A stretch of 64,000 nucleotides of DNA, taken from assembly GCA_051530055.1 (NCBI GenBank), contig CM121341.1, positions 7,232,784 through 7,296,783 of the forward strand, written 5' to 3'. The DNA comes from Neoechinorhynchus agilis. Its lineage: Eukaryota; Animalia; Acanthocephala. Below, in pieces: positions 11,140 to 24,536 of this stretch (position 1 is the first letter of the stretch; each line of letters starts with the position of its first letter). The position numbers and the translations under genes were made by a program. Below the pieces are notes generated by a model. That model made no database searches and was not told where the DNA came from. It worked only from the letters and a program-made list of their open reading frames with translations.

Positions 11140-13369
11140 ATGTGCATGGTCAACTACGGATACGACTGTCCAAAGCAGCAGGAGGAAGAGGACGAAAGGC
11201 GTTTCGATGCTAATGGACGGTAAGTTTAACTGGAAAAAACACCAAAATTCCTAACGGATCGGGGTTAATTGTCATCTCGTGGCTTCACAAAGACAATTGG
11301 GTTTTCACCTCTTAACATAGTTTATAGCATTTTGAAGACTCTCTTGGGTGACGCTAACTTCGTGCTTCATAAAAACGAAGTTTACTAATGCATATCTGCT
11401 CGACTAAACGGAATAAAGAGTTAGCTGCCTTCATTGGCGAGTAAAATATGAATTCTAGTAGTCAACCTATGCATAATCCATCCATATTTGATCATTTTTG
11501 TTTTCATATTAGAAAACGACCAGCGATTTTCTGTAACAACTACTCAGTTTGACTATCATCAGATAAGGATAACGTTTCAATTAGTATATTCATTTTCTGT
11601 TCCAAAATATCGATCGACTTTCTGAATTCAATGTATTCATACGATTTATTAGAAATCTAGCTGTTAAATTTTCTGGGTTAATTGGAGTGAAACTTTGTAC
11701 GTTTGCATAAATGACAAATTTCGGACAAATCACTTTAAGCGATTAATCGGTAAGTGAGCGATTTCTCTTCTGTTTTGATTGGGGATGCCAATTTACTTGG
11801 TTCGCATAAACAATGGTACTTTGCTTCGCAATCCCATGCGCTTCCAAGGCTAAAATTGTTTTAACAACAGCGACGAGCTTTGTGTTAATGACTTTTAGGC
11901 AGCACTTCTTTTTTTGAATAATTGCTTCAGTCAAAGAGGATGGAAATTGTATTTTCATTGATAGCAGAAACAATTAAAAGTATCACAAACGGATCCGTTC
12001 AAAACTCCGAACAACAGGATGGGAAATGGATTGGTTGCGAAAAGCATTTTAAGCATCCCAAAAATTGTATGATTTTCTCAAAAATTACTGATTACCTAAT
12101 TTTCGAAGGCCCATTTGAAGCGCTTATGAACCAAATGTTTGAAGAACTTATTGTTGTGACAATTTTGCTTAAAGAACTCATGATCATGAAATCCATCAAT
12201 GAATTAGTTTGATTCGTTTTATAGAGACCTAAGTAAGCAATTTCATGTATTCTAAATATGATTGAAAAATCCCACCAGCTGAGTCTTTAAGTAAAAAACC
12301 TCCTAAAAGTCAAATCTTTATGATTGCCCGGAAAAATCAAAACAGTTAAGGATCCGTTTTCATTAGAGGACCAAAATAATCTCAGATTGTAGTCCACTTT
12401 ACATGCTGTATAAAATATCAACCGTTTATCTTTTCTGTACTTATTTGTCTCTAGAAAGTCAAAATTTCGTCGGTAAAAAGGTTAAAAATATTACGATGAC
12501 ATCCATATATCTTTTTTATGATTACATCCACGCCCGTCGACCGGTGTCAACTTTGATTAGTTCTCTGATACGCAGTGAACCGAGGGCCAAAAATCGTTAT
12601 CAAAACTAGAACCAACCACTATACGCCTTCTGCTGCATTTTCAAAGGAATTCGTCCCTATCTCTCGGGATCCTCATTACTGCAATCGCATTATCTGCTCT
12701 ACTAGAGATTGATCGATGCGGGAACTAGAAGGCAAATAGCGATTTCGCCAAATACGAGCCTGCTCAGGCGCAAAGGAATGCGACTAATCTTGCCCTTTTA
12801 CTTGTTTTCACCCCGTCATTCGTCAACCTTTTCCTCCTAACCTCAGCTCATGTCTATCAAAAAAAGTTACCTGTCCGACATCTCGTCGTCTGCTGCGCCC
12901 AACATGAGTTGGTTGAAATCATTTCAACCGCGTTCAGCCAAGATACTAAAAAGGTTCCGCGTTTTACCGATCATTCTCTACCACCATCATCATTCGTTTT
13001 ATTTTCTTAACATTCGTTCAGCTCAAAATCGACAAAGGAAAATTGGACTCAAACAGACGACTGGGACGAAGAATATGTCGACACACGGTCTTATTGCTTT
13101 TCGTCCGAGAGTTTAGTCGCCCGTAATTGTGCCAAAAATGGATTAAAGTATGAGCTTTACCAAGTCGATAAGCCTACTACAATCAATAACCGATGGTTCA
13201 ATCCAGTTCAAGCTTATGTTTTATTTTTAATGGTAAGTCTTTATATTCCGAAATCAACGAAATTTTTTTTGCTTAGTGTGCCCATGTGGGAGTTTCCATT
13301 ATTTATAGAACCAAGAGAGCCAGTCTCCCCACTCCTCGTCGTCTTCGAGGATACACTTCATGAAATGAG
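11140..13369 (+). CDS. candidate small spliced gene with a C-terminal hydrophobic segment, unknown function
   Basis: Exons at ~11140-11219, 13022-13231 and 13277-13369 join in phase with GTAAGT donors: MCMVNYGYDCPKQQEEEDERRFDANGR-SKSTKENW...VQAYVLFLM-CAHVGVSIIYRTKR...YTS*. No recognised homology; extra exons are possible. Confidence 0.35.
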
Positions 13370-15910
13370 TCACTCTGCCTAGTCAGCAACAAATCAAACA
13401 ATAAGCTGCCTGTCTTTTAATGGAAAAAGACAATACTTCATTTCCAACACTATTTAATAAGCACGCTTAGAGAATCAACTTTGTTTGATCTTCAATGCAT
13501 CTACACGATTTTCCCAATTTTTAAAAAGATAAAGTGATTTTTCAGAACGATTTCTCATTAAAATAATTTCTGCGTACACGCCATTAATCTCTTTCAGTTC
13601 TCAATGAAAGTTGTCTGATTGTCTTTAAGGTATGTTATGCGGAAGCGCCAAGGTGGCACAATCTGTATTTTATCCCATAAACAGCACTTGCAAGGGCGTC
13701 TTGTTTCTGCAATGGGACACAAGACCATGCATATATAATGCTTTTCCCAAATGCACCAATAGGAAATGCTCCTTGAATAGCGTACCGGAGAAATCCAACG
13801 GCAACAATTCTTTGGTCGGTGATGAAGATAACCGTCGACAAGAACCGGTGATGATATGATTTTTTTTTCGTTCAAATTATTCAAAAATGAAATTATTAAT
13901 TGTAGTTCTACTATCGACAAATTATTTACAGGCTTAAAATTATCAAATAAATCAATTCAAATAATGTTTATCTCGCTTTTTGTTTTGTTGACCGAGTTAT
14001 CGTGAATTCTAAGCGAAATATTTTTTAATTGTCGAAAATCAAAGAAATTTTTATCGAATCGTGTAATTTTAAATATGCAAAATATTTCTCTCATTTTTTA
14101 AATATTCATCGTGTGTCGTAAAAGTGACCGTCTTAAGATTTTATTTATCCATCAGTAATAAAAATATCTTATTTCAGATCATAGATATTTCATGAAACGA
14201 TGGGACGTCTTACAGCTCAGATTTTGTCGTATGCTTTTTTTTAATTTAATCAACAATTTTCTCTTGAAATAATAATGTGAAAAATATTGACTAAAATGCA
14301 AGCTAAATAATTTTTCAACTTTTGTTTGAATATTTTATAAGCGCTTTATTTATTCTTGCTAAATCCAGTTAAATTAATCGTAATTTTTTCAAATTATTCA
14401 CCTTTGTCTTTTGATAATTATGAACAAAAAGTTATCTTCATTTTGTTAAGGACGCAGAAGGAAATTTTTGTCTCAATCTACTTTCGAAATTGCTTTTATT
14501 TTTGTAGAAAACTCCAGAAAAGTATAATTTGTAATTTAATTTTTAATATCGACTTCATAAATTAAGGTTCACAATTGATATTATTAGGTTCCATAAACAC
14601 GTGAAATAAAAACAGCACCCTAGGAACCGTCGCATTTTCGCCAGACTGAAAAGCAGCCCTGCACTATTTGTAGTCAAATACTTAGTCGCAAATATCAGGG
14701 AGAAGAAATTCAGCGGGATTTCTGTCTGAAACGTAAATAAAACAAGATCTCGTTCACTTTAGGAGTTCTCTGGATAAAAATAGCAGCATGCTCAGACGAA
14801 TGTATAGTCATGTAATTGATATCAAACGCAAGTTTATTAGCTTTTCTTAGTTAGAATATCAGAAAGTTCTATGTCTGGAGTTCCAGTTGGAAAAATTGCT
14901 GTCATTAATAACTATGCGCTTATTATTGTGGAATAACTTTCTGGTTTGCGGGAGGCCAAAGATAAAGGAATTAGTTCGCTCAACGTTATTTGATTTCCTG
15001 TCCTTGTCATTTTCAAGAGCGTACTTAAGTTGTACTTACCGTCAGACCGTAAGTAGTGGAAATTATCTTCTGCACCATTCCCATTTTGAATTTATTGTTA
15101 TCTTTTTCGTTTCTTATCGCACAATAAAATGCTTTGTTCTAGTTAGATGTAGAACCCGTGGATTTAACGTCGTTTCCCTTTAATTTGACATCCCATGAGT
15201 TTCATTGGAAAAGTGTCTCTAAAGTGCCCTGCGTCTAAGGAGAGTCAACAAAGGAATTCGTGGTTTTGCCCAAATACCGTTTTCGAAAACTGTCTTGTAC
15301 GGCGCATCTCGATTTACTCCAGCATTCCTTTTAGATGCCTCTTGATATCGCTTTAAAAAGTTCTATACGAATTCTATTTTTAGTTTCGCATATGCGAACG
15401 ATTGTAATGGTCTTTTATTCCGGTTAACTGATTATGCCTGTGACTTTCCTCAATGGTTGATAATATCTTCAGTACCGTTTTCCGGACTAGTGGAGATAAT
15501 ATCATAATGTTTGAGTTTTCCTATCCATTCCCTTAATGTACCCTCCGGCTACGCACCACATCTATTTCAAACTCAGTGTTTACGGCTTTCTCTACGACCT
15601 TATTTTGCGCATACATTTCTCAAAAATAGAAAATTCGTAGTTTTTTATATAGAGGCTCAATGAGCAAAACCCATAGACTCACCTACCTAATCTTATTAAA
15701 ATACACTCAAAACTTCATCGTTTTGATTCATCCAAAAGCTGTTAATAGTCGCTCATCTTAGTGTCGATATATAAATACCCGGATGCTGCGCATTTGTCTT
15801 ACAATTACTATCAAACCTCTCATTCCGCAACCTCTATACCATGTTTGCTTTGCATCTCCGCCTTGCATAAAGCCATATCCCCTTCAAATGAGTCTAATGT
15901 CATTTTTCAG

Positions 15911-18900
15911 GATACGAATCAACCGTCGATTTCTGCAATGATAAACTCATCTGACAAAATGACATCGAGATCTTCTTTCACAGAAGCATCTACTCCTTTT
16001 GTTCCATTAGCTATGATTCCAAACGCTGGTTCGGATTTTAGTATGGAATCCTCGCTTGCGGACTCGTTTGAAGCCAACGATTGGGGTTTCGCTCTCTCCA
16101 GAACTAATATTGCCGATGAATATGAGAAGCATTTTTTTCAAAAGGTAACCAGCCTCTTATAAAACGTGTCCCTCATTTACATCCAGGACCATTCTAACCT
16201 CGTTTCCATGGATGAACTACTAGGACCTGTTGTTTTATCTCTCAAAAATGAAGACGATGGAATTAAAAAGTATTTAATGAGATGTATTTTGAGGTTTGTT
16301 AAGTCGATCAAACTTCTCTTAACTCGAACTTGAAAAAAGATTATCCTCTGGATCGAGGTTTACTGTTATAGACTATAGTAGCATTGCTCATAAAGAACCT
16401 CAACACATTTATAAGAGAATAGTAAGACAATTGGATCCGAGATTATATCGCAACAACCTACAACCAGTATCACTTATGAATTGTCTCGACGTAAGTCGTC
16501 ATATAAATTATTCCTTGGTTGTTTTATGGTGAAGAAATTAAAATGATTTGAATTTCTTCGCCATAAAATAACCAATATGAACAGTTCAATCTTCAAACAT
16601 AAATTATTCTCTCAGGCATCTCGTCAAATTATGGAATTCGACAAAAAAATGGAAATTAATGCTTTTAAATTTGGAATTTTGTATCAGCGAAGCGGACAGG
16701 TGAGCTTAGCATTCCATTTTGTGCCGAAAAATCTTCCATCAAAGTTGTAGTTGACAAATACTTTTAACAATGTGCCATCTTTATGCAAACCCATCTTAGT
16801 GTAGTCTAATGAATGTCATTTCATCATAGTTCTTTGCTTCTACCACCTTTGCCGGCACTTTAGGGTTTCAATTTTTGACTTTTGTTAAATTGCTGACATT
16901 TACAAAAAAGATAATAGGATTTATAATTTCGGGATTTTCGTTTTTTATCAGGTCTTTGTCGTATGTTTTTACCTGATCGGAGAGTGCCAAATTCGCAGTC
17001 GTAAAACCAACTCCAGTTACTAATTTAAATTTTATTTATGGCACAAAGACATGAAAAATGTGGAATTAAAAGATCTTTTTTCAGTAGTCGTGGCAATCTT
17101 TCTTTATCTTAGACGACAGAGGAAGCAATTTTAAGTAATCGTGGACACAGTGAAGTCTTTGAACGCTTCTTGGATAATATTGCAGAGCGCGTTCGATTGC
17201 AGAATTTCGATAAGTAATGAATCATTTACAGTGTACACTGATGATTTTTGTCCCTTAAAGCAGGTATCTTGGCGGACTCGACAAATGCGGTGACATTGAG
17301 ATTGAGTCGTATTACACAAAGTTCAAAGGCAAAGAGATTATGTTCCATGTTAGCACAATGATCCCCTATAGATCGGGAGATCGACAACAATTGGAACGAA
17401 AGCGACATATTGGCAACGATATTGTGATAATAGTATTTCAAGATTGTGCCGACACTTCATTCACTCCAGAAATGTTCCAATCAAAATTTTCTCATTGTAT
17501 GATCGTAGTTAGACCTAAGGAAACATCCGATGGAACGTCGTACGAGGTGAGTACATTGAACACCGATCGCTTTTTTGCTCAATGTACATGTTCAGATCAA
17601 TGTATTGAAACGAAAAGACGTTCCAGATTTCCCACCACCGATACCATCTCGACTCATTCCAAGCGGGCCATATCTCAAAACCTTTTTGCTAACAAAACTT
17701 ATCCAGGCAGAATATGCATGTTACCGCGCTAAACAATTTCGAGGTCTTCAGACTACTGCAAGACGGTGCTTATTGGAATCACTTGTTCTTAAAATACGAC
17801 CTGACGTGTTCCGGCACTCTCCGGACTCCAATACTTCTTCGTTATCTGTAGGATCTTTATCGTCCTCCCCTTCACTGTCCTCTGGACGCAACTCTGTTAT
17901 TTACACCGTCAAGAAAGCATTGCTGAGCAAGAAAATGAGGCAAAAGCTGGCTGACCAAAATCAAGCTGCAAGAGCAAAATCTCTTCCATCGGAAAGTGAG
18001 CCGAGGTTACCGGAGCTAAGAGGAGAATTCACTGAAGAGGACGATTTTGCCGAAATTAGAAGGATGAGAAATTTGTCCGACTCAAACCCATACACAAAAG
18101 TAAACATTTACACTTTTGTGGATCACATTTAATTTCTCTGACTTTTAGATGCTTCTAAGACCGTACTCAACGTAAGTGGAGATTTAAAAAAACAAAATTT
18201 AAGGCCAAAAAGCGATCGCAATTTGCTATAAAATTTTTTTTTAATTTTATCTTATGCGACTAACAATTTTCAAGTTGTGTCGTGAAAAAACAGAATTTGG
18301 TTACCATTTTAACCATCTATTAATTTGAAAATTGAGAGTTTGAACAATCGGACGTGCTATCTGATGGGATTAAACGGATTTTGTCTTATAAAATGAAATG
18401 TATTTTTAGTCCGAAAAAGAGCGTGTTAATGAATTAATGTAATCTTTGTACTTCTGGAAACGTAAGTTGCTTGGTTTGGTGAATAAAAAATTTCTTACAT
18501 AAAATATTATATTTTCTACGATATATAAAAAGTTTAATTAAATATTTTTGAAAATTAGCTATATGGCATGGCTTAGTCAAGACAGTTTGGATAAAGCAAA
18601 TGAACAGACTCCAATGATTGAAAGCGTAGAGGAAAGGGAAGAAGATGCTTCTGACAAGTCTACGGAATCGTCTTCAACAACGACTACTGCAATGAGTCCC
18701 CTAGTCAATCAGTCCATGGTCAAAGAAGACATTATGTCCTCGCGTCAAAGCTCAATCGACCGCGAGAACGATCTTCACATAAACACCATTGATCGTAAGC
18801 TAGTAAGTATATTATGTGAGGATTTTTGAGGCGAAACATACACGGATATTTAGGCACAAATGAAGCGACGATTTAAGTCACTCAACTCCATTGGAGTAAA

Positions 18901-18976
18901 TCAAGTTCAATCATTGATTAAGCACAAGAACCACTCATTGACTAATTTGCCGGCAATCACATCTAGTGAATTTTGA
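15911..18976 (+). CDS. RAP1GAP: Rap1 GTPase-activating protein (multi-exon; true start uncertain, may be upstream)
   Basis: YEKHFFQK-DHSNL...LGPVVLSLK, FKFGILYQRSGQTTEE, YLGGLD, EIMFHVSTMIPY...QQLERKRHIGNDIVIIVFQD, FLLTKLIQAEYACYRA..F...AR..LLESL; about 10 exons with GT-AG introns; ends ...TSSEF*. Confidence 0.93.
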
Positions 18977-19179
18977 TAAATTGGAAACGAGGTTGATGTA
19001 AATAGGAAGGTTTAATTAATAGACAATTTCTTGGTCTTGAGTTTGGGCGTTACATCCGATTTGAGTGTCTAAGATCGAATCACTATTAACCATTAATCTT
19101 TCGCAACATGCATAGTCAATTCTAGTTTATTATTTCAAGATGAAACTATATATTTTGCTATTATTGTAATCGAGTACAA

Positions 19180-20067
19180 TTAAGTCTCGTCCTCCTCTTT
19201 TTGATGATTTTCAGCTGAATAATTTTGATGTGTACTTTCTACATGAAAATCCGCGGGACCTTTTTTCTGAGCGTACGTCTCAGCATTAGGAGAAGAATAA
19301 TATGGATCATTCGGCAAGTTTTCATAAGATGGGCAATGTCCATGAGCAGCCAGACATGTTTCACACTGGCAAATATTACCAAAATTGCAGTTATTAAAAG
19401 CACATTCGTTGCAACCACATCCAGAATAGGCGCAATGCTCACATTGACAGTCATGGTCATGCTCCTCTCGCCTGAAAATGAATATAATTAATCTTCCGAC
19501 GGCTACAGTTGTTCCAAACATGAGCAGGAAAAACCCTATGAGCACAATAAGCCGGTTTATCCATTGTGACCAGCAGAATTCGTTATAGCAGATAACGGTG
19601 CCATCCACGCAAATGCATTGCTCACCGCAGTACTCGAATTTTATGAAAGCTAAATGGTCAAATATTTGTCCTTGTGTATTTCCATTAATACCAATATTGC
19701 AAGATTTTGTGCTATTTGATTGACCGTTGAGCACACAGGAATGGCAACACTGTCCATAAATCACATTTCCATTCTCCAAAGGACAATCTTGGTCTAGACA
19801 GCGGAGAGGTCTACAATTATAGGAGTGATCGTTAGTGCATCGGCAGATGGAACAAGGGTCATTTTGTGATGGATTAGTCCAAATGTATCCAACTGGAACT
19901 TTCTGGAGTTTGTCGTTGATTGGGACGATACAAAATTTATCGTCCTGAAATTCGTTATCACTGTAAATGTCCACCGATTTTGCGTCTCGATAAGTGAATG
20001 GAAGGTTAATACCGTTGAGTTCACCGAAGACCACGGTGGCTATTAAGAGTTTAATAAACGTTTCCAT
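19180..20067 (-). CDS. intronless type I membrane protein: signal peptide, VWC-like Cys repeats, TM helix, Cys-rich cytoplasmic tail
   Basis: 295-aa ORF; CSICRC...CRPLRC...CP...GQCCHSC (VWC spacing), a second partial CICVDGTVIC, TM LIVLIGFFLLMFGTTVAVGRLIIFIF. Confidence 0.8.
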   Translation of the reverse strand: METFIKLLIATVVFGELNGINLPFTYRDAKSVDIYSDNEFQDDKFCIVPINDKLQKVPVGYIWTNPSQNDPCSICRCTNDHSYNCRPLRCLDQDCPLENGNVIYGQCCHSCVLNGQSNSTKSCNIGINGNTQGQIFDHLAFIKFEYCGEQCICVDGTVICYNEFCWSQWINRLIVLIGFFLLMFGTTVAVGRLIIFIFRREEHDHDCQCEHCAYSGCGCNECAFNNCNFGNICQCETCLAAHGHCPSYENLPNDPYYSSPNAETYAQKKGPADFHVESTHQNYSAENHQKEEDET

Positions 20068-21549
20068 GCTTTCAAAGGATCAAGGAAGTAAAATTTTTGT
20101 GTATAAATGAACACTGTACGGGTTTTTATAGCTTAAATGCCTTTTTCCTCACAAGTGTTGGCTTTGTCATTTGAGGGGTGGATGTGGTGGTGGTGGAAAA
20201 ATGAGTAACTCGATGTTTGAGTCAAAAGACGTTCTGTCAGACAGTTGTGCAGGGGCTCTAAACGAAAGCTGAAGCGAAATTTAAGTTGCTGGAATGCGCT
20301 GAATCATTCGATCTCAATTTAAGATGCGGCGCATTTTAACCTTACTTGGTTGTGATTTAAACATCATTAGAAACTGAACGGGGATGTACGGGGAGCTGTC
20401 ATTGCTCGACACTCAAATCGAAGCTGCCTTTAATTACGGAAATGTCAAAGGAGACAACGTCAAAAAGTGGTCCTCCGGGTTCCTGCAACGTGAATCGAAA
20501 TTAACATTTGCATAAAGTTAAATTTGAGGTGCTATAGTTTCAAATAACTTTACTCACTTTAGAGAAACGCCATTAATGATTCATATCTTGAGAATAAGGT
20601 CGATCGATCTATTCAGAAACGTACACTCCAAGAAGGAGGATCGGGGAAGCGTAACTATTTTTTCGTAAATATCGATTAAAATGTTAAAATTTGTCAAAAA
20701 GCATTTTCGGCGCAATTTCCCAACGCTGATAAATTCCAGCTCGCAATAATTGAAAGCAATCAAAATGCCATAAACGATACACTGATGTCCGTAAATACGT
20801 TTTGTCAATTCATTCAAACTCATATATTTTTAAAACACTCTCATTGAAGTCGTGGTGGCTTTCCGTATACATAAATCAAATGTTACTTAATTGTGCAATG
20901 GAAAAGGCATTGTTTTTTGTATTTAATCCCGAGAATACTTATTTTTATCAAATGAATGGGTCGAATCTGGCACCCATTCGTGACAGTTAAACACATTCAA
21001 GATATTTTTGAAATCTGGCCAGTCGGTAACTTTTCAGTATCTATGTATGGCCTTTTTTTTCAAGGAAAAATTATCAGCAATGAAAAAGCCACACATAGAT
21101 AACCCATCATTATATTTGCCAGCCTGCTAGGATACATTTTGACTAAGGTACTTACACAAAAGTTGTTAAAAATTGTAAATTAGAATGGGTTGTATCATTT
21201 TATCAAAATCATATTTTCTAAATTCAGCAACGAACAATCTCGGCAAAAATTATATAAATTCATTAAATTATTCTCTAAGAATTCTTTGAAGTGTATTTGT
21301 CGAGATGTTTTAAGGAGCTCTTAATGGTCAGGTTAAACTATCGAAATGACTGTAAATTCCTGCTTTACAAAATTCGAGTGAACGAAACTTGCGAACTAAG
21401 CGAATTTACCGTGCTGAAACGAAATTCGAACGTTATCTTGTTTACATTACTTATAACTTGAAACAATTTTGGATACTTCTGTCATTATTTATTGTTCCCC
21501 TTATCTCTGAGAATAACTTACTGATTTTACTCTTGACCTCTGAAAAGGA

Positions 21550-22735
21550 CTAGGCCTTCTAGCAAGCTTGACACATTCATTTTAGTTATTCAGTATTGAA
21601 AAACTTTTCTTCGTGGCTAATTCACGGGGAATCGACGTTATCCTTAAAGTTTTTCTTTATGATTGATCTTGTAAAACTTGTTTCCGTTAAAAATTATAAC
21701 TAAATACTACCAATTTTCCTGGATTTGTTGCACCTTTAGGAAATAAACAATACAGTAAAAAATTAGAAAATCTATAAAAATAGCACGGCATTTCAATGAT
21801 CGGGTCAAAAATATTCATACAAAGGAGATAATTATTGTAGAACGCGGAGGTAGTATTAAAAATTGTTTCTAAAATTTAATTAAAAACTTTTCGAACTAAA
21901 AAAGTTTCATACAAAAATGAGATAATTATTGGAACGCGAAGGTAGTATTAAAAATTGTTTCTAAAATTTTATTAAAAATTTTTCGAACTAAAAGTTTCAT
22001 ACAAAAATGAGATAATTATTGTGGAACGCGGAGGTAGTATTAAAAATTGTTTCTAAAATTTTATTAAAAACTTTTCGAACCAAAAGTTTCATACACAAAT
22101 GAGATAATTATTGTGGAACGCGAAGGTAGTATTAAAAATTGTTTCTAAAATTTTATTAAAAACTTTTCGAACCAAAAGTTTCATGCACAAATGAGATAAT
22201 TATTGTGGAACGCGAAGGTAGTATTAAAAATTGTTTCTAAAATTTTATTAAAAACTTTTCGAACTAAAAGTTTCATACAAAAATGAGATAATTATTGTGG
22301 AACGCGAAGGTAGTATTAAAAATTGTTTCTAAAATTTTATTAAAAACTTTTCGAACCAAAAGTTTCATACAAAAATGAGATAAACGCGAAGGTAGTATTA
22401 AAAATTGTTTCTAAAATTTTATTAAAACTTTAAAGCACAAATATTAAGAAGAATATTAAAAATTGTTTCTAAAATTTTATTAAAAACTTTTCGAACCAAA
22501 AGTTTCATACAAAAATGAGATAATTATTGTGGAACGCGAAGGTAGTATTAAAAATTGTTTCTAAAATTTTATTAAAAACTTTTCGAACTAAAAGTTTCAT
22601 ACAAAAATGAGATAATTATTGTAGAACGCGGAGGTAGTATTAAAAATTGTTTCTAAAATTTTATTAAAAACTTTTCGAACCAAAAGTTTCATACACAAAT
22701 GAGATAATTATTGTGGAACGCAAAGGTAGTATATG
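21550..22735. repeat. composite repeat: ~270-bp unique-like leader plus ~10 copies of a 92-bp minisatellite
   Basis: Unit gagataattattgtggaacgcgaaggtagtattaaaaattgtttctaaaattttattaaaaacttttcgaac...; leader shared with ~27130-27600. Confidence 0.92.
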
Positions 22736-24536
22736 AATTTCAAACTAGTCTCGCCGTCACCTGTAATGCCACAAACGTTTCGCTTTCCTCGCCCCCTCCC
22801 GGTTAATTGTTTATTTCATGCAAATTGGCGTCTATTTTCTCGATCAATAATCAACAAAACCCTATTATGGAATAAATACGCCTGTATTAATCTTTGACAA
22901 GAACCAGCACACGATGCTTATGCTGCTTTCCTTGCTCCGTCTAAAGGATCGCATACGCCGCCCGTCTCTATGAGAACATCAGACATCACAACTGCCACCC
23001 AGCTCGTTAGCACGTCTTATTCCTCCGATCGACATTCCTTTCCAAGTCAGTTTCGTACGGTTCCGTGTCTTCTTTAACTCATCTTCGCAATCCCGTCACC
23101 AAGCGACGGCAAGTGCATTTCTCACCCCTCGAACACTCATTGAGTTTTGTGATAAACTTCAGGTGATTGTAATGACCTCGCCGACACTGGTCAGAAGACA
23201 AGATAACATCTCATCGGCACCGATCGCCATAACGCCACTATCTCTTCTGCAAACAAACTGTCCGAGTCTCGTGTCTACACAACAAATCAAAGCAATACAA
23301 GAGCAATGTTCGGCATCACAATCTCAAAAAAGAAACGCTGATGATCGAGATAATTTGCTTTCAGTCCGTTGCTGCAGGTGCTCGGCTAACATACAAATGA
23401 GGAACGAAGCAGAACCAAAGAGCTTTCAACAAACTAACAGGTATTTTTGTTTTATGATTTCGAATAATTTCGATAAACTAATAACCCGTGGCTGCTTTTC
23501 GAAAGATTAGAGTGTGCCCGAGGAATCCTTCTTGTAGACGACTGGCTACAATTCCATTATTTCTAATTGAATTTTAGGGATTTTAGAAGAAAATGTTGCA
23601 CTATTATAGTATATAAATATCCTTTTGCTTTTCAGACGTTAGACATAGAAATATAAAACCAAATTTTACCACGACTACTCAAGTACTTTTTCAACTTTGT
23701 GAGATATTTAATCTTGATTACAAGATTTTTATATTTGTCGATTTGGCATATTTACTCGCTGAATAGCCTGAAACGTGAACTTTAAAACTAGATAATCATT
23801 ATTTTTTGTGGCGTTAACCATCAACGATTTAAACTGTAGTAACCGCACAGTTTATTTCGAATAATTTCAATTTTATCCATCATAGGCGTTCTATATAGGT
23901 CCACAGCCCGTTAATCTTTAAAACTAATTTAAAGTAGTGAAACTAGATTTGGTGGTATCTGCATAGGTCAGCCATAAAAGCCCTATTCATCAATCCAATT
24001 TATGCTACTAGAGAATGTCTTCTCAGGTGTCTGACATGGTAAGATAAATCTCCAATGCAAGTTGACTGAAGCACCCTGTCAATTCGATGGTCCTTTCGCG
24101 CAGTTATAAAGATAAGACCGTTTAAGTATTATTCGCTTGATCGACAAACAGGAGATGAAATGCGACTATGGACAGCGGGTGATAATGATTTGTATAGTCG
24201 CTGGAATTCTAGACAGCTATTTTACTTCAAAAGGGTACGCTGGAGCGTGCTCCTAACTTCCTATTTTGATTAAGACTTATTTTTAATCTTCTGAAACTCA
24301 GCTTAAATATGTGACGATGATCAACATGATTTAAGGGTTATTTATTTTAAACATAGCATTGTAAAACTTCAAGATTCGAATTTCACGAAAGTTTTCTATG
24401 GCCGAAATGATACGTGTGTCGCATTTCTTACTAGTGGCACAATTGGACATTAAAGAAATTCGGTGCATTGTCTTAATGACACTCAGTTTATGAACTAAAA
24501 TGGAAATTTAGCAGAAATCTCGTATATTTGAGACTA

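Noticed and set aside
14900-15620. Possible RTE-like LINE relic on the minus strand
   Set aside because: Only faint resemblance (AFY...K...TYGL); insufficient to call.
22750-23510. S/T-rich ORF 23163-23510 and neighbouring exon-like blocks
   Set aside because: No start, homology or consistent splice model could be built; may still be part of a gene.
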